Of a DNA stretch of 64,000 nt, positions 1-8,780 are shown in pieces. Position 1 is the stretch's first letter, and each line of letters opens with the position of its first letter. This DNA comes from Candidatus Woesearchaeota archaeon (lineage in GTDB: Archaea; Nanobdellota; Nanobdellia; Woesearchaeales; JACJVV01): NCBI GenBank assembly GCA_020637495.1, contig JACJVV010000003.1:14127-78126 (forward strand), written 5' to 3'. The translations under genes were made by a program, and so were the position numbers. A model generated the notes under the pieces. It was given only the letters and a program-made list of their open reading frames with translations. It was not told where the DNA came from and searched no databases.

Positions 1-2
1 AT

Positions 3-203
3 CAAGGCAGAAAAAGAGTTGTTGATATCATGGGAGCTGGATTTGTTGAGATAAGACCAGATATGATAATTGGGTATGGTGTGTCGGCAGGATTCAATAT
101 TGAACCTAATGAGAATCATTTGCGTAAGGTTGCAGGACTGTACAATCTGAAGAGTAAAGTTGATATTGATCATGAGCCTGATAAGTCTGTAAAAAATATA
201 TAA
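3..203 (+). CDS. C-terminal fragment of an unidentified protein (5' end outside the window)
   Basis: Frame 3 is open from the window edge to TAA at 201-203 (...GAGFVEIRPDMIIGYGVSAGFNIEPNENHLRKVAGLYNL...). No family recognised by eye. Confidence 0.35.
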   Translation, partial: QGRKRVVDIMGAGFVEIRPDMIIGYGVSAGFNIEPNENHLRKVAGLYNLKSKVDIDHEPDKSVKNI

Positions 204-237
204 GTTTATAAGCAATATAATAAAAGAAGTTACTACG

Positions 238-777
238 ATGAATGTAAAAAGAATTATTGCAATTATGCTATTATTTCTAATTATCTTATTAGTCGGATGT
301 TCAGAAAATGAGAATACAGATGTTATACTACCAGACAATAATGTGAATGTTAGTATGAGTCCTATCATTAGTTATGAAGAGCTTGGAGAACTTGGGTTAG
401 CAGACAACGGTTGCAGGACGGAGCAATACAAGACGGGAGAGTTCTCAACATTATCTGAGTATAGCTTCTGCAATTACACTATTGAAAGCTTGGATGATAC
501 TGAAGTCATAATAGAACTGAAGGAATTTACTGATCTTGAGAACTTGAACGGATCATACCAATATGAATCTTTGCATCTACGAGGCTATCAAGGCATGATC
601 AGCGAAGATGAATATGGCGACATGAGCAGGTTCTATGTAAATAACGAGTCAGATGTCTACTACTACCATCTTTGGATCGCCGATAAACTGCAACTCATCC
701 ATGTAACATCTAAAGGAAGCAAGGATGCAGAGGGCATAATCGTCAATATCGGAAATTATCTATTAGCAAGAAAGTAA
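238..777 (+). CDS. putative lipoprotein (signal peptide with lipobox)
   Basis: N-terminus MNVKRIIAIMLLFLIILLVGCSENEN: basic n-region, hydrophobic core, and an L-V-G-C lipobox-like motif. The rest has no recognisable family. Confidence 0.55.
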   Translation: MNVKRIIAIMLLFLIILLVGCSENENTDVILPDNNVNVSMSPIISYEELGELGLADNGCRTEQYKTGEFSTLSEYSFCNYTIESLDDTEVIIELKEFTDLENLNGSYQYESLHLRGYQGMISEDEYGDMSRFYVNNESDVYYYHLWIADKLQLIHVTSKGSKDAEGIIVNIGNYLLARK

Positions 778-809
778 GGTAAACTATCGAGCAAAGCTCT
801 CAGTTCATA

Positions 810-841
810 CTTTCTGACAAAATAAGAATTTAGTCAGAAAG
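810..841. repeat. 9-bp perfect inverted repeat (hairpin) between the lipoprotein gene and pfdA
   Basis: CTTTCTGAC (810-818) and GTCAGAAAG (833-841) are exact reverse complements with a 14-nt loop. It sits 33 nt after the stop at 777. No T-tract follows, so a terminator role is uncertain. Confidence 0.3.
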
Positions 842-879
842 CAATAAACTATATAAAAAGCCTAGATTTCTCCCAATAC

Positions 880-1320
880 ATGACAGATAAAAAGAAAGCT
901 GAAGGACCTAGCGTGGAAAAGCAGCAGCAGTTGCAGCAGAAATACATGGAATTCCAGATGCTACAACAGCAGATGAAGCAGATAAGCGAGAATATGCAGC
1001 AAGTCACTGAAAGGATTGCAGAAGTAAGCAAGGTCATTGAGAATGTGAAGCAATTGGGGGAGGTATCAGAAGGTAATGAGATTCTTGTGCCTATAAGCAA
1101 TGGCATATTCATAAAGGCAAAATCAGGAAAGACAACTGACTTCCTTGTAAATGTCGGATCCAAATCTGTAGTCCAGAAAGACCAGAAAGGTGTGATAGAG
1201 CTCCTTGAGAAGCAGAAAGTTGAGCTTATCGAGCTGCAGAATGATATGACAAGAGACCTTGGAGAGCTTGAGGATAATGGAATGAGACTCCAGGATGAGC
1301 TTCAGGCAATAATGAGATAA
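880..1320 (+). CDS. pfdA: prefoldin alpha subunit
   Basis: 146 aa with coiled-coil N- and C-termini (QQLQQKYMEFQMLQQQMKQ... / ...LQNDMTRDLGELEDNGMRLQDELQAI) flanking a central beta-hairpin region (EILVPISNGIFIKAK...FLVNVGSKSVVQKD). It sits immediately upstream of ftsY, a common archaeal arrangement. Confidence 0.75.
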   Translation: MTDKKKAEGPSVEKQQQLQQKYMEFQMLQQQMKQISENMQQVTERIAEVSKVIENVKQLGEVSEGNEILVPISNGIFIKAKSGKTTDFLVNVGSKSVVQKDQKGVIELLEKQKVELIELQNDMTRDLGELEDNGMRLQDELQAIMR

Positions 1321-1330
1321 GGTTGGCAAA

Positions 1331-3133
1331 ATGTTTGGATTTCTAAAGAATAAACTCAAGGAAGCTGTCTCTAAATTCAGCAAGAAGGTTGATGAAGAAG
1401 GCAAGGAAGAAAAGGTAGAAGTAGAGAAGGAAGTAGAAGAGAAACCGAAGAAAGAGCAACCGAAAAAGGAAAAGCCTGCTCCTGAGAAAGAAGAGAAAAA
1501 GACTGAAAAGAAAGAGCCAGCTAAAGAGACTAAAGAAGAAAAGCAGGAGAAAGCTTCTGAAAAAACAGAAAAATCTGTTCCTAAGGAAGAAGAACCTCAC
1601 ATTGAAGAGAAAGAGGAGCCAAAGGAAGAGAAGAAAGGATTCTTTGCAAAACTCAAGGATACATTCAAGAGAAAAGATGTCTCAGCAATTGAAGAGATAG
1701 AAGAAGAAGGAAAAGAAGAGACTATTGAGGAGAAAGAAGAATCAAAAGATGAAAAGTTAGAGGAAGAAATCCCTGAGGAAGTTAAGGAAGAACCAGTTAT
1801 TGAGAAAGAAGAAATCATTGAGAAGAAAAAAGAAGAAGAGAAAACACTTGCTGAAGAGAAAGAGGAAGATATTCCAGAAGAACCAGCTCCTGAAGAGAAA
1901 GAAGAGATCATGGAGGAGCCTAAGGATATAACTCCCGAGATCAAGGAAGATATTGAGAAGCTCGAGGAAGATACTAAGAAAGAGGAGAAGATAGAAGAGG
2001 AGATAGTCGAGAGTGTTGAAGAGTTCGAGAAAGTCGAAGAAGATGCAGAGAGACTAGAGGAAGAAGAGAAGGAACCAGAAGAACCTATAGAAGAAGAGAT
2101 CAAAAAGCAGGAGAAAGAAGAAGAGGAGATCATTGAGGATATTGATGAGATCGAGAAGGATATCGAAGAATCTGTAGAAGAAGTAAAGGAAGATAAGGCA
2201 AGGAAAGAAGAGAAGAAAGAAGCTACTGAAGAACCAGTATCTGAGAAGAAAGGTTTCTTCGCAAAGATAAGAGAGACGATAACTACAAAGAAGATCTCTG
2301 AGAAACAATTTGAGGATATGTTCTGGGAGATAGAGATGGCACTGCTTGAGAACAGCGTCGCTGTGGAAGTGATTGAGAAAATAAAGGATGACCTGAAGAA
2401 GGCTGTGGTCGACAAACCTATCCCAAGGAAAGATGTCGAGACTTATGTCATAAAGAACATGATAAGGTCAATAGAGGAGCTCTTTGATCAGCCCAATATA
2501 GATATTATAGAGAACATCGAGAAGAAAAGGAAAGAGAAGAAACCATATGTAATCTGCTTTGTAGGAGTCAATGGTTCTGGCAAGACGACAACTATCGCGA
2601 AATTTGCCCATATGCTCAAAAATAAAGGCAAGACATGCGTTCTTGCGGCATCTGACACATTCAGAGCAGCTGCAATAGATCAATTACAACATCACGCTGA
2701 CAAATTAGAGACAAAACTGATAAGACATGATTATGACGCTGATCCTGCAGCGGTCGCATTCGATGCTATAAAGCATGCAGAATCAAAAGATAAGGATGTG
2801 GTCCTCATAGACACTGCAGGAAGACTTCATTCAAATGCAAACTTGATGGAAGAGCTCCATAAGATAGTCAAGGTTGCAAAGCCTGATCTGACAATATTCC
2901 TTGGTGAAGCGATAACAGGCAATGACTGCATAGAACAGGCAAGAGAATTCGACAAGATGGTCAAGATCGATGGCATAATACTATCAAAAGCTGATATCGA
3001 TGAGAAAGGTGGAGCAGCCATCTCAATAAGCTACGTTTTGAAGAAACCAATACTATTCTTGGGAGTTGGGCAGAATTATGAAGATTTGAGACATTTCTCT
3101 CCTGATTATATAATGAAACAGCTTGAGATATAG
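1331..3133 (+). CDS. ftsY: signal recognition particle receptor FtsY with a very long Glu/Lys-rich N-terminal domain
   Basis: The C-terminal NG domain has GVNGSGKTTTIAKFA (G1), DTAGR (G3) and ILSKADIDEKGGAAIS (G4-like). N-terminus is MFGFLKNKLKEAV. About 300 aa of EK-rich low complexity precede the NG domain. Confidence 0.95.
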   Translation: MFGFLKNKLKEAVSKFSKKVDEEGKEEKVEVEKEVEEKPKKEQPKKEKPAPEKEEKKTEKKEPAKETKEEKQEKASEKTEKSVPKEEEPHIEEKEEPKEEKKGFFAKLKDTFKRKDVSAIEEIEEEGKEETIEEKEESKDEKLEEEIPEEVKEEPVIEKEEIIEKKKEEEKTLAEEKEEDIPEEPAPEEKEEIMEEPKDITPEIKEDIEKLEEDTKKEEKIEEEIVESVEEFEKVEEDAERLEEEEKEPEEPIEEEIKKQEKEEEEIIEDIDEIEKDIEESVEEVKEDKARKEEKKEATEEPVSEKKGFFAKIRETITTKKISEKQFEDMFWEIEMALLENSVAVEVIEKIKDDLKKAVVDKPIPRKDVETYVIKNMIRSIEELFDQPNIDIIENIEKKRKEKKPYVICFVGVNGSGKTTTIAKFAHMLKNKGKTCVLAASDTFRAAAIDQLQHHADKLETKLIRHDYDADPAAVAFDAIKHAESKDKDVVLIDTAGRLHSNANLMEELHKIVKVAKPDLTIFLGEAITGNDCIEQAREFDKMVKIDGIILSKADIDEKGGAAISISYVLKKPILFLGVGQNYEDLRHFSPDYIMKQLEI

Positions 3134-3187
3134 TCTGCAGCATATAATTAGAAAAACTATATAAATCACTATTTCTAGAATAACCAT

Positions 3188-3547
3188 ATGGCACTCAACT
3201 TAATAGGCATTGTTGTTCTGGTTGTGATATTGTTGATAGTCTATTTTCTGCTCACAGTCATGATAAGAGAGATCACTGAACTATACAAGGTTGAGCAGCA
3301 TACGATGCTTAATGCTTCTAAGATATCAGGTGTTATTGTTGGGCTGATGCTTATACAATATCTTATGTCAAAATGGGCAATCATCTCAGGGATTGTTCTT
3401 GCAGTCATGGTGATATCATTATTCTATATAATTCAGAGAGAATACAAGACAGAGCTAAAGAAGACTGTATTGATAGGGTTCTCTATAATAATTGGTTTTG
3501 GAATATTGGCTGCTGCTCTTGCAGGATTGATAATCTGGCTTAGATGA
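3188..3547 (+). CDS. small integral membrane protein, unknown function
   Basis: 119 aa with several hydrophobic helices (IGIVVLVVILLIVYFLL, GVIVGLMLIQYL, ISGIVLAVMVISLFYII, IIIGFGILAAALAGLIIW). Confidence 0.5.
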   Translation: MALNLIGIVVLVVILLIVYFLLTVMIREITELYKVEQHTMLNASKISGVIVGLMLIQYLMSKWAIISGIVLAVMVISLFYIIQREYKTELKKTVLIGFSIIIGFGILAAALAGLIIWLR

Positions 3548-3721
3548 TATCTCATTCAGTAAATTTTAAATACTTCTTGCGATTCCCTTATCCTATGACT
3601 AGCAATAATTCACTAAGTTTGGAATTGGTTCTGCTAGCTCTGCTACTATAATTAAGGCCAGCGTCATTTCTGCGGGCTTAGACAAAAACAACTAGATAGA
3701 AGACAAACCGAGGAAACAAAA

Positions 3722-3814
3722 ATGAAAACAAGAAAACAAATACAAAACAAACCTGTAAATAAACAAACTTCAAGTAATATTAGTTTGCTCTCTCTTCTGC
3801 TGCTTCTCAAGTAA
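3722..3814 (+). CDS. candidate 30-aa leader peptide ending in a leucine run (MKTRKQIQNKPVNKQTSSNISLLSLLLLLK)
   Basis: ATG at 3722 is preceded by GAGG at 3710-3713, and TAA is at 3812-3814. Seven of the last nine codons are Leu (TTG CTC tct CTT CTG CTG CTT CTC). It lies 150 nt upstream of the leuA/cimA-like gene. It is short and unconserved as far as I can tell, so this is speculative. Confidence 0.3.
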   Translation: MKTRKQIQNKPVNKQTSSNISLLSLLLLLK

Positions 3815-3873
3815 TTCTACAATGAAACAAAACAGAATTTTGAATTATATAGCTACAGCTAAAAAACAAAATG

Positions 3874-3942
3874 CAATGATAATACGCGGCACAACTATGA
3901 CTTCGTTTCACTCGTCATGTGCCTCTTTTGGTATTATCATTG
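3874..3942 (+). promoter_or_regulatory. 69-nt extended hairpin in the 5' region of the leuA/cimA-like gene
   Basis: The outer 12-bp stem is perfect: CAATGATAATAC (3874-3885) with GTATTATCATTG (3931-3942). The inner stems are GGCAC (3888-3892) with GTGCC (3919-3923), and ATGAC (3897-3901) with GTCAT (3914-3918). A TCTTTT tract at 3924-3929 follows the inner hairpin. The RBS AAGGAGG is at 3949-3955. Confidence 0.45.
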
Positions 3943-3963
3943 TCAACTAAGGAGGATAATAAG

Positions 3964-5583
3964 ATGAGAAGAATCATAACATTTGACACGACAAACAGGG
4001 ATGGTGAACAGGCATTAGGACATGCGATGCTCTATGGCGAGAAGTCGAAGATGATAATAGCAAAGGCATTGGCTGAGATGAATGTTGACATAATAGAGGC
4101 TGGATTCCCAATAAGCAGCCCAAAAGATTATGAAGCTGTTAAGATGATTGCACAGCAGATACATGGACCTAGGATTGCTGCACTTGCAAGAATCATCAAC
4201 AGGGATATTGATAGGGCATGGGATGCTGTAAAGGGAAACCCAAATCCTTATGTGCATGAATTCAGCATTTTGATCAACAAGGAAGCCTTGAAAGCTTATG
4301 AGAAAGGAATAGAAGGTGTGATGGAACATTCAGTCAAAGCTACCCAATATGCAAGGAGCATCATGGGACATAAACCTGACCTACAGTTCTCAGCACAGGG
4401 GAGCCTATATGCTATCGTCGAGGCAATCAATAGCAATGATGGACATGCACTAGAAGGGATAAAGAGATTGCATGATAAAGTAATCGCAGCAGGTGCAAAC
4501 ATCATCAACCTTCCAGATACCGAAGGGAAATGCATACCTAAAGAATCTGGAGAAGCTATCAGATGGTTCAGGAGTGAAGTCAAAGGAGGCAATGATATAG
4601 AGTTACATGTCCACTGCCATAATGATCTTGGGAATGCAGTAGCAAACAGCTTTGAGGCATTGATATCTGGAGCAGACTGTGCAGAGACAACTGTGAATGG
4701 AATAGGTGAAAGAAGCGGTAATGCTGCATTTGAAGAAGTAGTCATGAATGTGTATGCAATAGGCTCGAGATATGGCATATTTACAGATGTTGACACAAAA
4801 AGGCTTACTCCGATAAGTGATCTGGTTGAAGAGCATACTGGAGAAGCAAAAGCACCTGGCAAGGCAATCGTAGGGAAGAAAGCTTTTCAGCACAGCTCAG
4901 GCATACATCAGGATGGGAATGAGAAAGGAAACAAGAAAGGTGTAATCGTCTACCAGGCAGGATTCACAGCTGACAAAGTAGGATGGATTGGTGAAGAGAG
5001 CAGGATGACTGCAAAAGCTGGAAAACATGGTGTGGCAACAAGAGTGAACAAGCTAGGATTCAATTATAGTGTTGAAAAGGTAGAGAAAGACATCATGCCA
5101 TTGTATGAAAGCTGTGCAGATACAAGGCAAGAAGTTACAGATATGGACTTGAGAGCAATAATCAACGAAGCCTATTCTTCCAAGGATAGAGTGAATTATG
5201 TTGCACATAGTATAGACAAGCCATTCCACTCTGAAACATATTCAGGAGATGTCATCCTTAAGGTTGACGATAAGGAAGTAACCAGCGTAGTAATAGACAG
5301 AGAAAGAGATAACGTAGGCGGGATTGATGCAGTCTTCAATGCAGTAGACAGTGTTATGCCTTTTGAAGTCCCAAGACTTGTGATATATGACCCAAGGAAC
5401 ATTGGAGAGAAGCATGACACTGTTGCAGAGGTAACAATAGTATTGTCTGGAAATGGATTCGAGGGTAACTTCCACAAGGATCAGCCACTCTATATCGGAA
5501 GAGCAAGATCAATAGATACGATAGAGGCTAGCGTGAAGGCTTACATTGCAGCAATCAATGATTATTGTAGGAGAGTAAAATAA
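3964..5583 (+). CDS. leuA: 2-isopropylmalate synthase / citramalate synthase family protein (HMGL-like DRE-TIM plus C-terminal LeuA-type regulatory domain)
   Basis: Motifs ITFDTTNRDGEQA, HVHCHNDLGNAVANSFEALISGADCAETTVNGIGERSGNAAFEEVV and HSSGIHQDG. I chose ATG 3964, preceded by AAGGAGG, over the GTG at 3919 in the ORF track. Specificity (leuA versus cimA) cannot be told from sequence alone. Confidence 0.85.
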   Translation: MRRIITFDTTNRDGEQALGHAMLYGEKSKMIIAKALAEMNVDIIEAGFPISSPKDYEAVKMIAQQIHGPRIAALARIINRDIDRAWDAVKGNPNPYVHEFSILINKEALKAYEKGIEGVMEHSVKATQYARSIMGHKPDLQFSAQGSLYAIVEAINSNDGHALEGIKRLHDKVIAAGANIINLPDTEGKCIPKESGEAIRWFRSEVKGGNDIELHVHCHNDLGNAVANSFEALISGADCAETTVNGIGERSGNAAFEEVVMNVYAIGSRYGIFTDVDTKRLTPISDLVEEHTGEAKAPGKAIVGKKAFQHSSGIHQDGNEKGNKKGVIVYQAGFTADKVGWIGEESRMTAKAGKHGVATRVNKLGFNYSVEKVEKDIMPLYESCADTRQEVTDMDLRAIINEAYSSKDRVNYVAHSIDKPFHSETYSGDVILKVDDKEVTSVVIDRERDNVGGIDAVFNAVDSVMPFEVPRLVIYDPRNIGEKHDTVAEVTIVLSGNGFEGNFHKDQPLYIGRARSIDTIEASVKAYIAAINDYCRRVK

Positions 5584-5647
5584 TACTCTTTCTTTTTTTT
5601 CATTTTGTAAATTATCCGGTTACTCTCCAACAAAACATATAAACATC

Positions 5648-6631
5648 ATGAATTTACGCCTTGTTATGCAGAAGAAAACACAGAACATAATAGACCTGAA
5701 GAAAGACGACATAGTCAATGACATATTTGTCGTCAAGTTCAAGAAAGCTGTAGAACAATACAAGAATGGATATCGCTTTGAGATGAGACTAGGTGATGCT
5801 ACAAAGGAGATAATGTACAAATACTGGGGTCCTGATGATGAAGCGAAAGTCAAAGCATTGTATGAATCAATAAACAAGGATGATGTTATCCATGTTACAG
5901 GAAGGATGAATGAATGGAACGGGCTTCTTGAGATATCAGGGAATGAGCAAGCGTCTATATCTGTCCTGAGAGAAGGAGAGTATGATGTAAAAGAGTTCAT
6001 CCGTGTTTCTGAGAGAGATAGGGATGAGATGTGGAATGCTTTGATAGGTTTTGTCGATTCTGTAAAGAATCCTGAGATAAAAAAGATACTCGAAAGCTTT
6101 TTTCTTGAACCTGAATTTGCAGAGAAGTTCAAGGAATGTCCAGCTGCTATGTATGTCCATCATGGATGGATACAGGGATTGCTGGACCATACTATAGATG
6201 TTACAAAAGTTGCGCAAGTTGCAGCTGAAACACATCCTAAACTAGACAGAGATCTTCTTATTGCAGGAGCATTGCTTCATGATATCGGTAAATTACGGGA
6301 ATTTGAGCTAACGACTAGCATAAGAATGACGAAAGAAGGTGTCTTCATAGGTCATGTAACAATAGGCGCTGACATGATACAAAGGAAGATGGATAAGTTG
6401 AACACGCCAAAAGATCTCCAGTACAAATTGATACACATGATCCTGACACATATGGGAGAATATGGCAGCAGCAAGACCCACTCAATTCCTGAGGCTGTTG
6501 CATTGCATTATTGCGATCAGGTAAGCGCTCAGACAACACATATGCTTGACGTGATTGAGAAAACTGAGACTGATGATGAATTCACATGGCATAAGGATTT
6601 CGGACAGATCTATGTAGGAGATAAGAAATAG
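5648..6631 (+). CDS. OB-fold plus HD-domain protein, YhaM-like 3'-5' exoribonuclease family
   Basis: The N-terminal OB-like region (DIFVVKFKKAVEQYKNGYRFEMRLGDATKEI...VIHVTG) is followed by an HD domain (HHGWIQGLLDHT, GALLHDIGKLREFE, HYCDQVSA). The size (327 aa) fits YhaM-type proteins. Confidence 0.65.
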   Translation: MNLRLVMQKKTQNIIDLKKDDIVNDIFVVKFKKAVEQYKNGYRFEMRLGDATKEIMYKYWGPDDEAKVKALYESINKDDVIHVTGRMNEWNGLLEISGNEQASISVLREGEYDVKEFIRVSERDRDEMWNALIGFVDSVKNPEIKKILESFFLEPEFAEKFKECPAAMYVHHGWIQGLLDHTIDVTKVAQVAAETHPKLDRDLLIAGALLHDIGKLREFELTTSIRMTKEGVFIGHVTIGADMIQRKMDKLNTPKDLQYKLIHMILTHMGEYGSSKTHSIPEAVALHYCDQVSAQTTHMLDVIEKTETDDEFTWHKDFGQIYVGDKK

Positions 6632-6700
6632 TTTCATAGATGGTTATTAAGTAATAATTCTTCCATAATATTTTTAAGCTGATCAGGACCCCGAAAATCT

Positions 6701-7195
6701 ATGAAAAGATTGACAGGGATAATATGTTCAATGCTTATGCCTATTACATTATCTAGTGCAAGGCTTAATGCAGTAGATTATAGTATGCAATTTAATATTA
6801 CTGCTCCTATTGAACATAATGATGAAAAGAATCCAGAGAATACTTCAAGAGAGATAGAAGGGTATTCTTATGCAGGCAGCATAGATGCAATTGTTACAGC
6901 ATATGAAGTATCTGCCACATCATGCGGTAATCAAGCAGATGGAATCACTGCTACAGGGCATGTCATCAGACCTAGTGATTATATTGTTGCAGTAGACCCT
7001 GAAGTGATACCGTATGGGAGCCTGGTAAATGTTCCTGGATATGGGCTTGCAAAAGCACTAGATACGGGCGGAGCTATAAAGGGGAACAAGATTGATGTCC
7101 TCATGACTGTGAATAAGAACGGTAAAACCCCATATGAAAGAGCAATCGAATGGGGAAGAAAAGAATTAAAGATTGAAGTGTATCACAAGTTGTAA
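6701..7195 (+). CDS. secreted 3D-domain protein (RlpA/MltA-like double-psi beta-barrel; bacterial cell-wall hydrolase-type domain)
   Basis: N-terminal hydrophobic signal. C-terminus is IVTAYEVSATSCGNQADGITATGHVIRPSDYIVAVDPEVIPYGSLVNVPGYGLAKALDTGGAIKGNKIDVLM, the characteristic 3D-domain pattern (AVDP, DTGGAIKGNxID). Confidence 0.75.
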   Translation: MKRLTGIICSMLMPITLSSARLNAVDYSMQFNITAPIEHNDEKNPENTSREIEGYSYAGSIDAIVTAYEVSATSCGNQADGITATGHVIRPSDYIVAVDPEVIPYGSLVNVPGYGLAKALDTGGAIKGNKIDVLMTVNKNGKTPYERAIEWGRKELKIEVYHKL

Positions 7196-7267
7196 ACATA
7201 TATAGATTAGATTATATGCAGACTAAGTTATATGCAGACTAGATTATTTCTAGAATCAGTATTGATC

Positions 7268-8734
7268 TTAATAACACTTACCGAAATATGCATAACCTAT
7301 TGCTGGTTTTCCGCATTGTATGCATGTGCAGTCCTCAGGAAGATCCTTTGATTGCTGTTCAAGAGGGAAACATCGGCTATTCGCTCCTTTTGTCTCCTCT
7401 TTTATTATATCCTCACAGTCCTCTTTCCCACAGAATGGTGCAATGATGACTTTCCTTGCCTCTGCTGCCTTTACAAACTCATTCCAATCCTTAGGCTCGA
7501 CTATATTCTCGTCGATATTTGATTGTGCCTTGCTATAGAGATTCTCCTGGATATCCTGCAAAAGCTCTTCAACCTTATCTTTCAGATCACCACGCTTGAC
7601 AAAATATTTCTCTCCAGTGTCACGCCTAGCAATAACAACCTGCCCTTTCTCTATATCTTTAGGACCGATCTCAATCCTTAGTGGAACACCTTTCATCTCA
7701 TATTGGTTGAATTTCCATCCTGCAGAATATTCCTCCCTATCATCAACCTTAACTTCATATGATTCCAATTCCTTTGCAACCTTGTGAGCTTCATCTATAG
7801 GAGCTGTATCTTTCTTGAATACAATTGGAACTATTGCAATCTGTATAGGTGCGATGCTTGGAGGCAGGACAAGACCCTTGTCATCACCATGCTGCATTAT
7901 CAATGCACCGATCAGCCTCGTCGAGAAACCCCAGCTTGACTGCCATGGGAGATGGTTCTGTTCATCTTCGCCTTTGTATGTTATCCCGAAAGCCTTTGCA
8001 AAACCTTGACCTAGATTATGGCTAGTTCCTGATTGCAGGAATTTCCCATCCGGCATGTATGCTTCGATCGTTGAAGTCCATTTTGCTCCAGCAAATTTCT
8101 CTTTTTCAGATTTCTTTCCAGGGATCACAGGTATTGCAAGCAGATCCTTGCATAACCTCACATATTCATCAAGCATCATCAATGCTTCCTTGTCACATTC
8201 TTCTTCAGTAGTATAAACGCAATGGCCTTCCTGCCAGAGGAATTCCCTGCTCCTCAAGAAAAGCTTAACATCCTTGACTTCCCATCTGACAATATTGCAC
8301 CATTGATTGATTCGCAATGGCAGATCACGATGAGAGCGTATCCATTTTGCATATGAATCGTACATGATTGTCTCAGATGTAGGTCTCAGAGCAAGACGCT
8401 CTCCGCTGTCTTCGTCCTTGTTTGTTACCCATGCAACTTCAGGTGAGAAACCTTCAGCATGCTCAGCCTCCTTCGCAAAGAAGCTTTCAGGGATGAACAT
8501 AGGAAAATAAGCATTCTCAACTTTCAATTCCTTGAGCCTTGCATTGAAATAATCCTGGATCTTCTGCCAGATAGCATAACCATATGGCCTGATTATCATA
8601 GTGCCCCTTACAGGAGAATAGTCTGCAAGCTCGCTTTTCATGACAACTTGACCGTACCATTCAGGCATGTCATCTGTCTTCTTCACAGTAATGCCTTTCT
8701 CGTCCGCTTGAGGTGATTTCTTACTATTTGACAT
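7268..8734 (-). CDS. proS: prolyl-tRNA synthetase, archaeal/eukaryal type
   Basis: 488 aa class II aaRS: RPYGYAIWQKIQDYF, LRPTSETIMY, FLWQEGH, SGTSHNLGQGFAK. The C-terminal Zn-binding-type domain ends ...GYAYFGKCY. Confidence 0.95.
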   Translation of the reverse strand: MSNSKKSPQADEKGITVKKTDDMPEWYGQVVMKSELADYSPVRGTMIIRPYGYAIWQKIQDYFNARLKELKVENAYFPMFIPESFFAKEAEHAEGFSPEVAWVTNKDEDSGERLALRPTSETIMYDSYAKWIRSHRDLPLRINQWCNIVRWEVKDVKLFLRSREFLWQEGHCVYTTEEECDKEALMMLDEYVRLCKDLLAIPVIPGKKSEKEKFAGAKWTSTIEAYMPDGKFLQSGTSHNLGQGFAKAFGITYKGEDEQNHLPWQSSWGFSTRLIGALIMQHGDDKGLVLPPSIAPIQIAIVPIVFKKDTAPIDEAHKVAKELESYEVKVDDREEYSAGWKFNQYEMKGVPLRIEIGPKDIEKGQVVIARRDTGEKYFVKRGDLKDKVEELLQDIQENLYSKAQSNIDENIVEPKDWNEFVKAAEARKVIIAPFCGKEDCEDIIKEETKGANSRCFPLEQQSKDLPEDCTCIQCGKPAIGYAYFGKCY

Positions 8735-8780
8735 ATATATATGAGAAAAAAAGGTGATTTAAATATGTTTTTGTGACATC

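Noticed and set aside
1597-2415. 272-aa Ser-rich ORF (and 1343-1600, 2054-2308) antisense to ftsY
   Set aside because: It is a mirror image of the GAA/AAG-rich EK domain of FtsY. The composition is pure low complexity with no start context, and the region is fully explained by the sense-strand gene.
3919-3963. GTG-initiated N-terminal extension of the leuA/cimA-like ORF
   Set aside because: The extension (MPLLVLSLSTKEDNK) covers the AAGGAGG RBS and part of the long hairpin. ATG 3964 has proper RBS spacing, and the conserved domain starts right after it.
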